Source: Myxococcota bacterium
GTDB lineage: Bacteria; Myxococcota; JACRCW01
Direction of reading: 5' to 3'
DNA: 64,000 nucleotides
NCBI GenBank assembly: GCA_040752415.1
Contig: JBFMGU010000001.1
Span: 44,757 to 108,756, forward strand
Shown: piece after piece, positions 30,601 through 39,820 of the stretch
How the letters are laid out: every line of letters begins with the position of its first letter
Position numbering within the stretch: position 1 is the stretch's first letter
Translations under genes and position numbers: made by a program
Notes under the pieces: generated by a model
Seen by the model: only the letters and a program-made list of their open reading frames with translations
The model's database searches: none
What the model was told of the DNA's origin: nothing

Positions 30601-30691
30601 GCAGCTGGTCCTGCAGGAAGAGCACGCCGGAGATCAGGAAGGAGAGGCCCAGGGAGAGCTTCAGGGGCGTGACGGTGAACAGCTTCTTCAT
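27626..30691 (-). CDS. CHASE2-domain class III adenylate cyclase
   Basis: CHASE2 motifs (W.RRVYA, GADIVAFD, DGVFRK, PGVAIHA), 3 TM helices, FSDIRGFT, DKYIGDAIMA, YSALGDAVNLASRLEG, C-terminal PPPDWDGV. Confidence 0.93.
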   Translation of the reverse strand: MKKLFTVTPLKLSLGLSFLISGVLFLQDQLRWVNWLPYRLELKILDFNFLTRGPIPMEPQVVIAAGDEKAIDAFGLWGSWSRRVYAQMMTQLFNAGADIVAFDMVWSDEKGEGDSEQMSRVMLKYRQEGLDERGKEAAEKVAAARARLEELTKIVDSAEDLISAGKVTGKGKRQLQVTLTELREAQKDAAAELTAAHKSAGTLSEAVERYSQVLQEEAGGKSPDQELEEVVSEHSTRVVQGYIAEPNPGPEPPTPDKQHEHFKRVASAAVDTWYLDVKEVDASPRGKVARATHEMCEGKKACSVAAEELGNRLGMEEEQFIAGVKALVDAKAATMTETGLDVADPATLVPLFQKNADTRLVEWLPGAKEKRETELKPGVTVIKGDFIAPLDRFAEVGQNFGFYSAEPEVDGVFRKQPLFYRHWAPAPDEDASACTACNRAKLTPEKFEALEKPEVCSEVCRQECADCFIRAYYLPSLPLALVQQRFATTPVIIRDQNYQWLQSFSQVTLLPSDPVPVGRAPLVIPTDPSGKLQLNYYGPWRDPDTQKPLFPTLSVADIVEGKFDPKVVKGKAVLFAVTAIGTYDQRSTPFDPFVPGVAIHATAAQNMSDGRFLSRPQEIVMGEIAFVLIMGLLLGLLLHRLSVLVSFLVVAALFLVYGAASVGALSKGYWVHSFWAHLQLAFTWAAVVAHGYLTVGKEKAAMRKAFGATLDPVLVDELAKDPDAIKSLKGDEREATCMFSDIRGFTTLSENLTPEELTIFLNDYFTPQAAAIMHHKGYLDKYIGDAIMALFGAPHAFEDHAVSGCYAALDMMEQLHTFKKWVVSDPKWAAFCQRLTSKHMDPAAFDIGIGLNSGLMRVGFMGSSQRTNYSALGDAVNLASRLEGQTKEYGVHVIISENTYAAAKGKIHARLLDAIRVKGKKEPVRIYELIGKGDAPPEWAQFIQTFHTGIELFQGRRFADAIPYFAQALREKPLDPAYEAELQKKGKPRDLISAEYISRCMMYQENPPPPDWDGVVTKTTK

Positions 30692-30731
30692 GGTGTGGGC
30701 CTCCGAGGTGGGGGCGACTGTTCAGAAGGGA

Positions 30732-31502
30732 TCAGGCCCGGCGCGCGCCGCGCAGCGGGGCGGCGCTGGGAACCGGCGGGCCGGCGTGCAGGGAGAGCGC
30801 CATGCGTGTGGCGGCACCGGCGGGGGAGCCGCGCAGCTCCTGGTAGCGCAGGTTGAGCTTGAGCCGGGAAAGATCGGCCGGGTCGGTGACGTCGAGCCAG
30901 AACGGGAGCATGTGCAGGGTGAAGCCGGCCTTGTGCAGACGCTCCATGGCCTGGCCCAGGCTCCCCGGCGTGCCCCACGCAATCTTCTGGAACAACGCCT
31001 CGCGCAGGCCGGCCTCACGTTCCGGGCGCGCGTCCGGGTCCCGACGCAGTCCCAGGCCCCAGCAGCCGCCGTCAAAGCCCGGGCCCACCACCACGTCGTG
31101 GTAGAGCACCGCGCGCAATGCTTCCTCGAGGAGATGTACCGGCAGCGTGGGCGCGCTGGAGCTCAGCAGGAACACGCGCTCCGCGCCGCGGTCCAGCTCA
31201 TCCTGGACGGCGTGCGCCATCTGCTCCACCAGCTCGGTGCCGGAGTGCACACAGATGCGCGCGCTGCAGGTGGCCGCGGTCTCCACCACCAGGGCGTCGT
31301 CGGCGCTGTCCGGCACGTAGAGGGCCACCTGGCGCGGCTGACCGGCCACCGCGCGGCGTCGCCAGGAGGCCGCGGTGGCGGCAGCGTCGGACAGGAACGC
31401 GGCGTACAGGCGCTCCGCCTCCACCTCACCCAGCTCGCGCGCCAGCTTGTTCCTCGCCGACCCGACGCCGGGGGCGCGGCCGAAGATGATCAGCGTCTCC
31501 AT
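30732..31502 (-). CDS. DUF2064 / TIGR04282-like nucleotidyltransferase-fold protein
   Basis: LIIFGRAP, LYAAFLSD, PTLP, VVVGPGFDGG.WGLG, IAWGT, WLDVTDPADL. Confidence 0.8.
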   Translation of the reverse strand: METLIIFGRAPGVGSARNKLARELGEVEAERLYAAFLSDAAATAASWRRRAVAGQPRQVALYVPDSADDALVVETAATCSARICVHSGTELVEQMAHAVQDELDRGAERVFLLSSSAPTLPVHLLEEALRAVLYHDVVVGPGFDGGCWGLGLRRDPDARPEREAGLREALFQKIAWGTPGSLGQAMERLHKAGFTLHMLPFWLDVTDPADLSRLKLNLRYQELRGSPAGAATRMALSLHAGPPVPSAAPLRGARRA

Positions 31503-32236
31503 GGCTGCTCTCCCACGCCCCCCGCCGCGTGGCCCACCGGGCTCCCTCGCAGGCGGGCCACCGTATACAGGATCTTGGTGCCCGCCTTCACCGTGCCGCG
31601 GATGTCCCCGCTGATTTTCGACGTGCCCGTCTTGCGCGTGCGGTAGCTCACCGCCACCTCCATCACCCGCAGTCGCTGGCGCGCCGCCTTGATCTGCATC
31701 TCCACGTTCCACCCGAAGTCCTGGTCCGTGAGCCCCAGCCGCATCAGCGCGTCCCAGCGGATGGCGCGGAACGGGCCCAGGTCCGTGGCCGGCACGCCGT
31801 AGAGGTGCCACAGGAGCCAGCAGGAGAGCGCGTTGCCAAAGCGCTGCGGCGGCGTCAGCGAGCCCCGCTCCGCGCGCCCCTCCGCCTCGCCCAGCACACG
31901 TGAGCCGATGACGAGGTCGGCATGGTCGCGGGAGAGCGGGGAGAGCAGCAGCGCGGCTTCCTCCGGCACGTCGGAGAGGTCGGCGTCCATGAAGAGCAGC
32001 GCGTCCGGCGGATCCGCCTGCAGGTGCGCCATCCCCGCCAGGCACGCGCGCCCGTAGCCCCGCCGCTCCTCGCGCACAACCTGCGCGCCCGCCGCGCGCG
32101 CCACTTCCGTCGTCTGGTCGGTGCTGCCGTTGTCCACCACCACCACGCGGGGCACGCCGGCCATCCGCAGGCGACGCACCGCGTCACCCACGCTTCGCTC
32201 CTCGTTGAGCGCCGGAATCAAGGCCGCCACCCGCAT
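31490..32236 (-). CDS. Glycosyltransferase family 2 (DPM1-like)
   Basis: IPALNEE, VVDNGSTD, RGYGRAC, MDADLSD, DLGPFRAIR, GWNVEMQIKA, SKISG. Confidence 0.93.
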   Translation of the reverse strand: MRVAALIPALNEERSVGDAVRRLRMAGVPRVVVVDNGSTDQTTEVARAAGAQVVREERRGYGRACLAGMAHLQADPPDALLFMDADLSDVPEEAALLLSPLSRDHADLVIGSRVLGEAEGRAERGSLTPPQRFGNALSCWLLWHLYGVPATDLGPFRAIRWDALMRLGLTDQDFGWNVEMQIKAARQRLRVMEVAVSYRTRKTGTSKISGDIRGTVKAGTKILYTVARLRGSPVGHAAGGVGEQPWRR

Positions 32237-32422
32237 GTGCCGCCCACCTCCAAACTCTGGAATCCCCTACACTTCCACTGAGCGGGGCCTCGCGTCCACG
32301 CCGCGTTTGCCACCGCTGCGGAATGGCACCACGGGCGGGGGCGCGGGCGGGGAGGGGTTGTCGCACCTCCGCGGCGTTGGGCAGGCGTGGCGACGGGCCT
32401 TACCTCGGGATAGCCTGGGTTC

Positions 32423-35400
32423 ATGTTCCGCTCACGTCTGGCAATCCTCGTCGTCGGCACCCTGATCTCCTGGGCCTGCACCACACCTCCGGGACCGGTC
32501 GCGGGGACCGACACGAGCAGTTCGAGCGGGGGGAGTGACTCGTCGGGAAGCGGCACCTCGGGCAGCTCCAGCAGCAGCGGGAGTGGCAGCACCTCGGGGA
32601 GCACCTCCGGGGGCCTGGACGGCGGCAGCCTCGACGCCACGCCGCCCATCCTCACGCCGGACGCCAACAACCCGGACAACGCCACGCGGGACAGCGACTG
32701 CGACGGGCTCTCCGACGAGCAGGAGTTCGGCCGCATCTGGGGCGACGGTCGGCGCACGGACCCGGGCAACCCGGACACCGACGGGGATGGCATCTGGGAC
32801 GGCGTGGAGTCCGGGGAGACGGGCAGCCCGGATCCGCGCTGCGCGGTGGCCCCGCGGGTGGACCAGGACCCCGCCACGGTGAGCGATCCCACCAGCACCG
32901 ACACCGACGGCGACGGCATCCCCGACGGCGTGGAGGACACCAGCCACAACGGCGCGCTCGACGACGGCGAGACCAACCCCGCGGAGGTGGATACCGACGG
33001 AGACGGCCTGGCCGACGGCATCGAGGACGCCAATCATGACGGCGTGGTGGACGCCACGGAGACCAACCCCGGCGTCGCCGACACCGACGGGGACGGGCTG
33101 AGCGACGGCCTGGAGGACAAGAACCACAACGGTGCGCGTGAGCCCACGGAGACCAACCCGCGGCTGGCCGACACCGACGGAGACGGCGTTCCCGACGGCG
33201 TCGAGGATGCCAACCGCAACGGCGTGGTGGACCCCGGGGAGAGCGATCCCCTCACCGCCGAGCTGGACACCGACGGGGATGGCATCCTGGACGCGCGCGA
33301 GCGCGAGGTGACCCACACCGACCCCAACGACCCCGACAGCGACGACGACGCGCTCCCCGACGGCGTGGAGGACAGGAACCAGGACGGCCTGCGCAACGCG
33401 GGGGAGACCTACCCGCTGCGCGTGGATACCGATTGCGACGGTCTCTCCGACGGCGAGGAGGACCTCAACCACGACGGTATCCGCGACCCCGATGAGCCCG
33501 ACCCCACCAAGGCCGACACCGACTTTGACGGCATCCCCGACGGCGTGGAGCGCGGTGTCACCTCCATTCTCGACGCCACCAACTGCCCCGCGCAGCCGGT
33601 GAGCGCGGAGCCGCCCAGCATCACCAACCCGGTGAGCACCGACAGCGACGGCGACGGGATCCTGGACGGCGTGGAGGACCGCAACCGCAACGGCGCGCTG
33701 GATCCCGGTGAGACCGGCGCCAACGACGCCGACAGCGACAACGACAACATCCCCGACGGCGTGGAGGACCCCAACCACAACGGCGTGGTGGACCCCGGTG
33801 AGACCGACCCCAACGTGAGCGACCCGGACACCGACGCCGACGGCATCACCGACGAGCACGAGAACTTCATCACCCACACCAACCCCCTGGAGCCGGACAG
33901 CGACTTCGACGGGCTCACCGACCTCCAGGAGGACCGCGACCAGGATGGCCTGCAGGCGTTGGGTGAGACCCACCCGCTGCTCCCGGACTCCGACTGCGAC
34001 GGCATCAACGACGGCGACGAGGACGCCAACCACAACGGCATCCTGGACCAGGGTGAGACGGACCCGCTCAACGCCGACACCGACTTCGACCTGCTGGCGG
34101 ACGGCGTCGAGCGCGGCGTCAACTCCGTGCTGGACTACGCGCACTGCCCCAACCAGTACGTGGACACCGACCCCGCCACCACCACCAACCCGGTGAGCCG
34201 CGACTCCGATCTCGACGGGATTGCCGACGGGCTGGAGGACCGCGACCACGACGGCGCCTGCGATCCCAACGAGAGCAATCCCGCCACCGGCGACACCGAC
34301 AACGACGGCTTCAACGACGGCCAGGAGGACCGGAACCGCAACGGTGTCTGCGACCCCGGCGAGACCTGCAGCTACGTGGCCCAGGTGGACAGCGACGGGG
34401 ACGGCATCCAGGACATCGTCGAGGACGCCCACGGAACCGACCGCAACGACCCCGACACCGACGACGACGGCCTCAATGACGGTCGCGAGGACCTCAACGA
34501 CGACGGCCTGGTGAACACCGGGGAGACCAGCCCGCTCATGCCCGACACCGACTGCGACGGTCTCGGCGACGGCGCGGAAGACGCCAACCGAGACCTCGTG
34601 GTGGGTGACACCGAGACCGACCCGCGTCTGGCCGACACCGACGGCGACGGCCTCACCGACGGAGTGGAGCTGGGCCTGGTCAGCGCCGCGGGCTCCACCG
34701 GGTGCGTGGACGTGCCCGTGGTGGCCGGCCTGGCCAACCTCACCAACCCGCGTGACCCGGACAGCGACAACGACGGCATCCGCGACGGCGTGGAGGATCA
34801 GGACCAGGACGGCACGCGCAACGGCCTGGAGACCGACCCCAATGACGCCGACACCGACGACGACACGCTGGTCGACGGCGCGGAGGACCGCAACCAGAAC
34901 CACGTGGTTGACCCCGGTGAGACCGATCCGCTGGTGTTCGACGGCGACACCGACGGCGACGGCATCAAGGACGTGCGGGAGACCGCCATCGGCACCAACC
35001 CCAACGTGCCGGACACCGACGGAGACGGCCTCACCGACGGCCAGGAGGACCGCAACGCCGACGGCCAGCTGAACTTCGGGGAGACCAACCCGCTGCTCGT
35101 CGACACCGACTGTGACGGCCTGCGCGACAAGGAGGAGGACGTCAACGGCAACGGCATCCGTGAAGCCACCGAGACCAGCCCGCGCCACACCGACTCCGAC
35201 GGAGACCTGCTGACCGACGGCGTGGAGCGCGGCGTCACCACCACCGCGGGCTCACCCGGCTGTGCCGCGTTCCCCGTGGCCACCGCGCCCACCAACCCCA
35301 CGCTCGCCTACCTGGCGGACACCGACGGCGACGGCATCAACGACGGCATCGAGGACGTCAACCGCAATGGCCAGCGGGAGGCCACCGAGACCGACCCCAA

Positions 35401-38400
35401 CGACGCCGACACCGACAACGACACCTTCTCCGACGGGGCGGAGGACCGCAACCAGAACCACGTGGTGGACGTGGGTGAGACCGACCCGCTGGATCCCGAC
35501 GTGGACACCGACGGCGACGGCATCACCAACCCGCGCGAGGAGAACGTCACCCGCACCAACCCCAATGACCCGGACACCGACAACGACGGGATTGTCGACG
35601 GCAACGAGGACCGCGACCAGGACGGCATCCTCGGTCTCACGGAGAGCGACCCCAACCTCATCGACACCGACTGCGACGCGGTGGCGGACGGAGACGAGGA
35701 CGCCAACAAGAACGGCCTGCGCGACAACGGCGAGACCGACCCGCGCGACCGCGACAGCGACGACGACGGCCTCCCCGACGGTGTGGAGACCGGCCGCACG
35801 GTGAACCTGGACGCGGTCCACTGCGTGGGCGCGCTGGCTCCGCGGCTGGACGCCAACAGCGCCACCACCACCAACCCGCTCAGCGCCGACACCGACAATG
35901 ACGGCATCTCCGACGGTGCCGAAGACGCCAACCAGAACGGTGCCTATGAGCCCGGCCTCGGCGAGCTCAATCCGTCCAATCCCAATGACACCGGCACCGC
36001 CGACCAGCAGGCCTGTGCCGCGGGCCAGCTGCGCCCGGTGCAGATCATCGGCCGCTCCGGTGCCAAGGCGGACCTCCTCCTCGCCGTGGCGGAGAGCTAC
36101 GCCCAGGGTGACATCACCGACGTGCAGGTGGCCGGGGAGCAGCGCGGCGCCATGGTGCTCGAGCGCACCGCGCAGATTGCCGGCTTTGCCATCAAGGTCA
36201 CCCCGCGGCTGGCGGGCAATGACCTCAGCGAGGAGCTCACGTCGCTGGAGGCGCTGCTGGGCGTGCCCGGCAACCCGGTGCGCAGCATCTTCAACGCCGA
36301 GACCACCTGGGACAACCACCCCGTGATCTTCGCCCAGTACACGTACACCGACGACAACAACACCACCGTGGGCGTGGCCGCCACGCGCCTCCTGCAGGCC
36401 ATCCTCCCCGGCGCCACCGGCGTGCTCAACGCCGCCGACGGCACGGGCGGGACGCAGACCGGGCCGTTCCATCTCCAGGTGGAGCTGGTGCACCGCAGCG
36501 ACAACACCCAGATGGTCGTCGTGGGATTGACCAACGTGGCCAACATCTCCGACGAGACGCGCCTCTTCAAGGTGGATGACCTCACCAACGGCTCGGCGCT
36601 GGCCCAGTTCGGCGACACCACCGGCGTGCAGTGCGACCGCCTCACCGTGCAGGCGCGGCAGCCGGTGGACTTCCTGTGGGTCGTCGACAACTCCGGCTCC
36701 ATGGACAATGAGCAGACCGCGCTCTCCACCGCCGCGCAGGCCATGAGCGACCAGCTGGGCGCGTCCACCGTGGACTGGCGCATCGCCGTGCTCACCAGTG
36801 ACGCCGACTACATCGCCAACGACGTGAACTCCTGGAACACCGTGAACGGCCCGGGTGGTACCCCGCGCTACTGCGCCTTCACGCGCGTGGCGGCGGACTT
36901 CCGGACCTGCGTCGACAACGTGGGCATTGGCGGCTCCGGCGCGGAGAACTTCTTCCGCCCCGTGGCCTGCGTCATGGGCGGCACGGTGATGGGCAAGCGC
37001 CACTGCAACCGCAACCAGACGCGCGGCACGGAGACCGACAGCAACGGTGACGGCTACTCCGACGCCTACAACGACGGCTACGCGCCCGCGCCCTCGCCCT
37101 ACAACATGCTGCCGCGCACCGCGGTCGAGGACGCCAATCGGCTGCGTGAGGGCGCCAAGCTCGTGGTGGTCTTCCTCACCGACACCAACGAGCAATCCGA
37201 CGGACGCTTCAGCGCCAGCGCCGCCAACCCGGAGCCCGCCCGCTCGCTCGCCAACCTTCCCGCGTGGCAGGCGTTCTTCAACAACGTCGACGGGCTGGGC
37301 AACGCGGAGACCTCCGTGGCGTTCGTGGCGGGCATCACCTGTCCCGCCGGGGGCAACTGCTCCGACGAGAGCGGCCCCTACATGAACACGCGCTGGCCCA
37401 CGTTCATGGCCGCCATGGGTGGCGTGCTGGCCGACCTCCCGCCGGACACCGACCCGCAACAGCAGCAGAAGCTCCAGGCCGCCATCGCCGCCATCCTGGA
37501 CCAGGCCATCGGCAACGCCAGCCCGTACATCCTCTCCAAGCCGCCCATCAGCGCGTCCATCAAGGTGGCCATGGAGGGCCAGACCGAGGGCGCGTGCAAC
37601 GCCGCGGACGTCCCGCGCTCGCGCGTGCATGGCTTCGACTACAACCCCACCAACCGCTCCATCGTCTTCTACGGAAACTGTCGCCCGCGCGCCGACGCGG
37701 TGGGGACGCGCATCTCGGTCAGCTACAAGTACTGGATCGAGAACAGCCCCAACCCCGACGGAAACCCCATCCCCTGCGGCGGCCCGTGCCCCGCGCCGCT
37801 GGTGTGCAACGCCACCATCAACCAGTGCGTGTGCCCGGCGGACTGCGGCGGCAACGCGCCCCGTCCCAACCTGCGCTGTGACACCACGCAGTGTGAGTTC
37901 ACCTGCCCCGCGGATTGCGGTCAGACCTGCGGCGCGGGCCTGCAGTGCAACAACTCCGTCGAGGTGTGCGGCTGCGTCTGCCCCGGCTGCGACGGCGCAC
38001 CGCCCTCCGCCAACCACACCTGCGACCCTGGCACGTGCACCTGGACCTGCCCGGAGAACTGCGGCGGCAACCCACCCGGCAACGCGTTCTGCAACATGGA
38101 GACGTGTGAGTGGACCTGTCCCAATGACTGCGGCGGCAACCCGCCCAGCGCCGGCGCCTTCTGCGACCGCGCCACCTGCGACTTCGCGTGCCTCCCGGAC
38201 TGCGGCGTCTCCTGCGGCCCGGGCTTCGTCTGCGACAACAGCCCCGACGTGTGCGCGTGCGTCTGCGAGGACTGCGTGGGCGCGCCGCCCAACCCCAACC
38301 ACCGCTGCGACACGCAGAGCTGCACCTGGATGTGCGACTCCACCTGCGGCGGCTCGCCCCCGCCGGGCCAGCACTGGGTGTGCAACACGGAGAGCTGCCT

Positions 38401-39328
38401 GTGGAGCTGTCCCAGCAACTGTGGCGTCGACGCGCCGGGGCCGAACTACCAGTGCAACCAGCAGACCTGCCTCTGGGAGTGTCCGCTGGATTGTGGTGGC
38501 GTGCCGCCGGGACCGGGCTTCACCTGCAACCAGCAGACCTGCCAGTGGACCTGTCCGTCGTGTCCGGGCACCAGCCCCGGGCCGGACTTTGCGTGCAACA
38601 CGTCCACCTGCCAGTACGAGTGCGCGGCGTGTCCGGGTGAGGCGCCGGTGCCGGGTTACACCTGCAACCACGCCACGTGCCGCTGGGAGTGCCCCGCGGA
38701 CTGCGGCAGCACCTCGCCGGGACCGGGCTGGAGCTGCGACCGCGTGGCCTGCGAGTGGAAGTGCGACGGCACCTGCGGTGGAAGCTGTCCCGGCGCCTCC
38801 GTGTGCAACGGTGACCCCGCAGTGTGCGGCTGCGAGTGCCCCGCGGACTGCGGTGGCGACCCTCCCGGCCCCGGCTTCGCGTGCAACCAGGAAACCTGCC
38901 AGTACGAGTGCACCGGCGGATGCGGGCCCAGCCCCGGCGGCGGGTTCGTCTGCAACCCCGCCACGTGCGAGTACGAGTGCCCCGCGGATTGCGGCAGCCC
39001 CTCGCCGGGACCGGGCTACTTCTGCAACCGCGCCACGTGCACGTGGAACTGCGCCCCGGACTGCAACGGCGTGTGCGGCGCGGGCCGGGAGTGCAACACC
39101 GCCTCCTGTGGCTGCACCTGTGACCTGGACGCTCCCTGTCCTTCCGGGCGCACGCGCGATCCCTCTAGCTGCGAGTGCGTCTGCGACACCTCCGCCATCA
39201 CCTGCCCGTCGACACACCAGCTGGACCCGGAGACGTGCAGCTGCGTGTGCAAGCCGGACTGCGGCGGCTGCACCGGCGCCACGTACTGCCAGCAGAGCCT
39301 CTGTGAGTGTCTGTACATCCCGGGTTGA
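32423..39328 (+). CDS. Giant CglD-like surface lipoprotein: thrombospondin type-3-like Ca-binding repeats, VWA/MIDAS domain, Cys-rich tail
   Basis: Lipobox ISWAC, Ser/Gly linker, dozens of DxDxDGxxDGxED repeats, VDFLWVVDNSGSM (DxSxS) at ~36665-36703, about 22 Cys-rich units at the C-terminus. Confidence 0.85.
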   Translation: MFRSRLAILVVGTLISWACTTPPGPVAGTDTSSSSGGSDSSGSGTSGSSSSSGSGSTSGSTSGGLDGGSLDATPPILTPDANNPDNATRDSDCDGLSDEQEFGRIWGDGRRTDPGNPDTDGDGIWDGVESGETGSPDPRCAVAPRVDQDPATVSDPTSTDTDGDGIPDGVEDTSHNGALDDGETNPAEVDTDGDGLADGIEDANHDGVVDATETNPGVADTDGDGLSDGLEDKNHNGAREPTETNPRLADTDGDGVPDGVEDANRNGVVDPGESDPLTAELDTDGDGILDAREREVTHTDPNDPDSDDDALPDGVEDRNQDGLRNAGETYPLRVDTDCDGLSDGEEDLNHDGIRDPDEPDPTKADTDFDGIPDGVERGVTSILDATNCPAQPVSAEPPSITNPVSTDSDGDGILDGVEDRNRNGALDPGETGANDADSDNDNIPDGVEDPNHNGVVDPGETDPNVSDPDTDADGITDEHENFITHTNPLEPDSDFDGLTDLQEDRDQDGLQALGETHPLLPDSDCDGINDGDEDANHNGILDQGETDPLNADTDFDLLADGVERGVNSVLDYAHCPNQYVDTDPATTTNPVSRDSDLDGIADGLEDRDHDGACDPNESNPATGDTDNDGFNDGQEDRNRNGVCDPGETCSYVAQVDSDGDGIQDIVEDAHGTDRNDPDTDDDGLNDGREDLNDDGLVNTGETSPLMPDTDCDGLGDGAEDANRDLVVGDTETDPRLADTDGDGLTDGVELGLVSAAGSTGCVDVPVVAGLANLTNPRDPDSDNDGIRDGVEDQDQDGTRNGLETDPNDADTDDDTLVDGAEDRNQNHVVDPGETDPLVFDGDTDGDGIKDVRETAIGTNPNVPDTDGDGLTDGQEDRNADGQLNFGETNPLLVDTDCDGLRDKEEDVNGNGIREATETSPRHTDSDGDLLTDGVERGVTTTAGSPGCAAFPVATAPTNPTLAYLADTDGDGINDGIEDVNRNGQREATETDPNDADTDNDTFSDGAEDRNQNHVVDVGETDPLDPDVDTDGDGITNPREENVTRTNPNDPDTDNDGIVDGNEDRDQDGILGLTESDPNLIDTDCDAVADGDEDANKNGLRDNGETDPRDRDSDDDGLPDGVETGRTVNLDAVHCVGALAPRLDANSATTTNPLSADTDNDGISDGAEDANQNGAYEPGLGELNPSNPNDTGTADQQACAAGQLRPVQIIGRSGAKADLLLAVAESYAQGDITDVQVAGEQRGAMVLERTAQIAGFAIKVTPRLAGNDLSEELTSLEALLGVPGNPVRSIFNAETTWDNHPVIFAQYTYTDDNNTTVGVAATRLLQAILPGATGVLNAADGTGGTQTGPFHLQVELVHRSDNTQMVVVGLTNVANISDETRLFKVDDLTNGSALAQFGDTTGVQCDRLTVQARQPVDFLWVVDNSGSMDNEQTALSTAAQAMSDQLGASTVDWRIAVLTSDADYIANDVNSWNTVNGPGGTPRYCAFTRVAADFRTCVDNVGIGGSGAENFFRPVACVMGGTVMGKRHCNRNQTRGTETDSNGDGYSDAYNDGYAPAPSPYNMLPRTAVEDANRLREGAKLVVVFLTDTNEQSDGRFSASAANPEPARSLANLPAWQAFFNNVDGLGNAETSVAFVAGITCPAGGNCSDESGPYMNTRWPTFMAAMGGVLADLPPDTDPQQQQKLQAAIAAILDQAIGNASPYILSKPPISASIKVAMEGQTEGACNAADVPRSRVHGFDYNPTNRSIVFYGNCRPRADAVGTRISVSYKYWIENSPNPDGNPIPCGGPCPAPLVCNATINQCVCPADCGGNAPRPNLRCDTTQCEFTCPADCGQTCGAGLQCNNSVEVCGCVCPGCDGAPPSANHTCDPGTCTWTCPENCGGNPPGNAFCNMETCEWTCPNDCGGNPPSAGAFCDRATCDFACLPDCGVSCGPGFVCDNSPDVCACVCEDCVGAPPNPNHRCDTQSCTWMCDSTCGGSPPPGQHWVCNTESCLWSCPSNCGVDAPGPNYQCNQQTCLWECPLDCGGVPPGPGFTCNQQTCQWTCPSCPGTSPGPDFACNTSTCQYECAACPGEAPVPGYTCNHATCRWECPADCGSTSPGPGWSCDRVACEWKCDGTCGGSCPGASVCNGDPAVCGCECPADCGGDPPGPGFACNQETCQYECTGGCGPSPGGGFVCNPATCEYECPADCGSPSPGPGYFCNRATCTWNCAPDCNGVCGAGRECNTASCGCTCDLDAPCPSGRTRDPSSCECVCDTSAITCPSTHQLDPETCSCVCKPDCGGCTGATYCQQSLCECLYIPG

Positions 39329-39343
39329 CGACGGGAGCGGGCC

Positions 39344-39781
39344 ATGACGGTGGATGCACAGCACGGGCTGTACCTGCGTCGGGATGGGACGTGGCTGGAG
39401 GACGGGGAGGAGGTCACGCACCCGCGCCTGGCCGCGCTGCTCCACCGCAGCATTGCCCGCGCTCCCGACGGGAGCCTGGTGGTCACCACCGGTCGCGACG
39501 TGCGGCCCATTGCCTGTGAGGACCTCCCCTTGCGCGTGTTGTGGGTCGATCTCCCCGGTGACGACGTGCTCCTGCACCTCAGCAACGAGCGCACCGAACC
39601 GCTGAAGCCCGAGTCCCTGCTGGTCGACGTCGACGACAGCTGGCGCTGCCTCGCCGACGGAAACCTGGGGGCCCGTTTCACGCGGGCCGCGCAGCTGCAG
39701 CTGGCCGAGCACGTCACCGAGGAGAGTGGAGGATTCGTGCTGCGGGTGGGGGCTCGCACCCTTCCGCTGCGCGCGGCGTAG
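39344..39781 (+). CDS. DUF1285-like protein
   Basis: LRRDGTW..DGEEVTH.RL, CEDLPL.V, ARFTRAA pattern. Confidence 0.6.
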   Translation: MTVDAQHGLYLRRDGTWLEDGEEVTHPRLAALLHRSIARAPDGSLVVTTGRDVRPIACEDLPLRVLWVDLPGDDVLLHLSNERTEPLKPESLLVDVDDSWRCLADGNLGARFTRAAQLQLAEHVTEESGGFVLRVGARTLPLRAA

Positions 39782-39820
39782 ATTCGTCCGTTGGCCACGC
39801 CGTGCTAGCGTGCGCCACGC

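Noticed and set aside
26990..30856. Very long antisense ORFs (also 35252-40264, 22120-25050, 42603-45158, 59496-62381, 1882-3753, 3904-5847)
   Set aside because: These are shadow ORFs opposite well-supported genes. Stop-free antisense frames are expected in high-GC DNA, and they carry no motifs.
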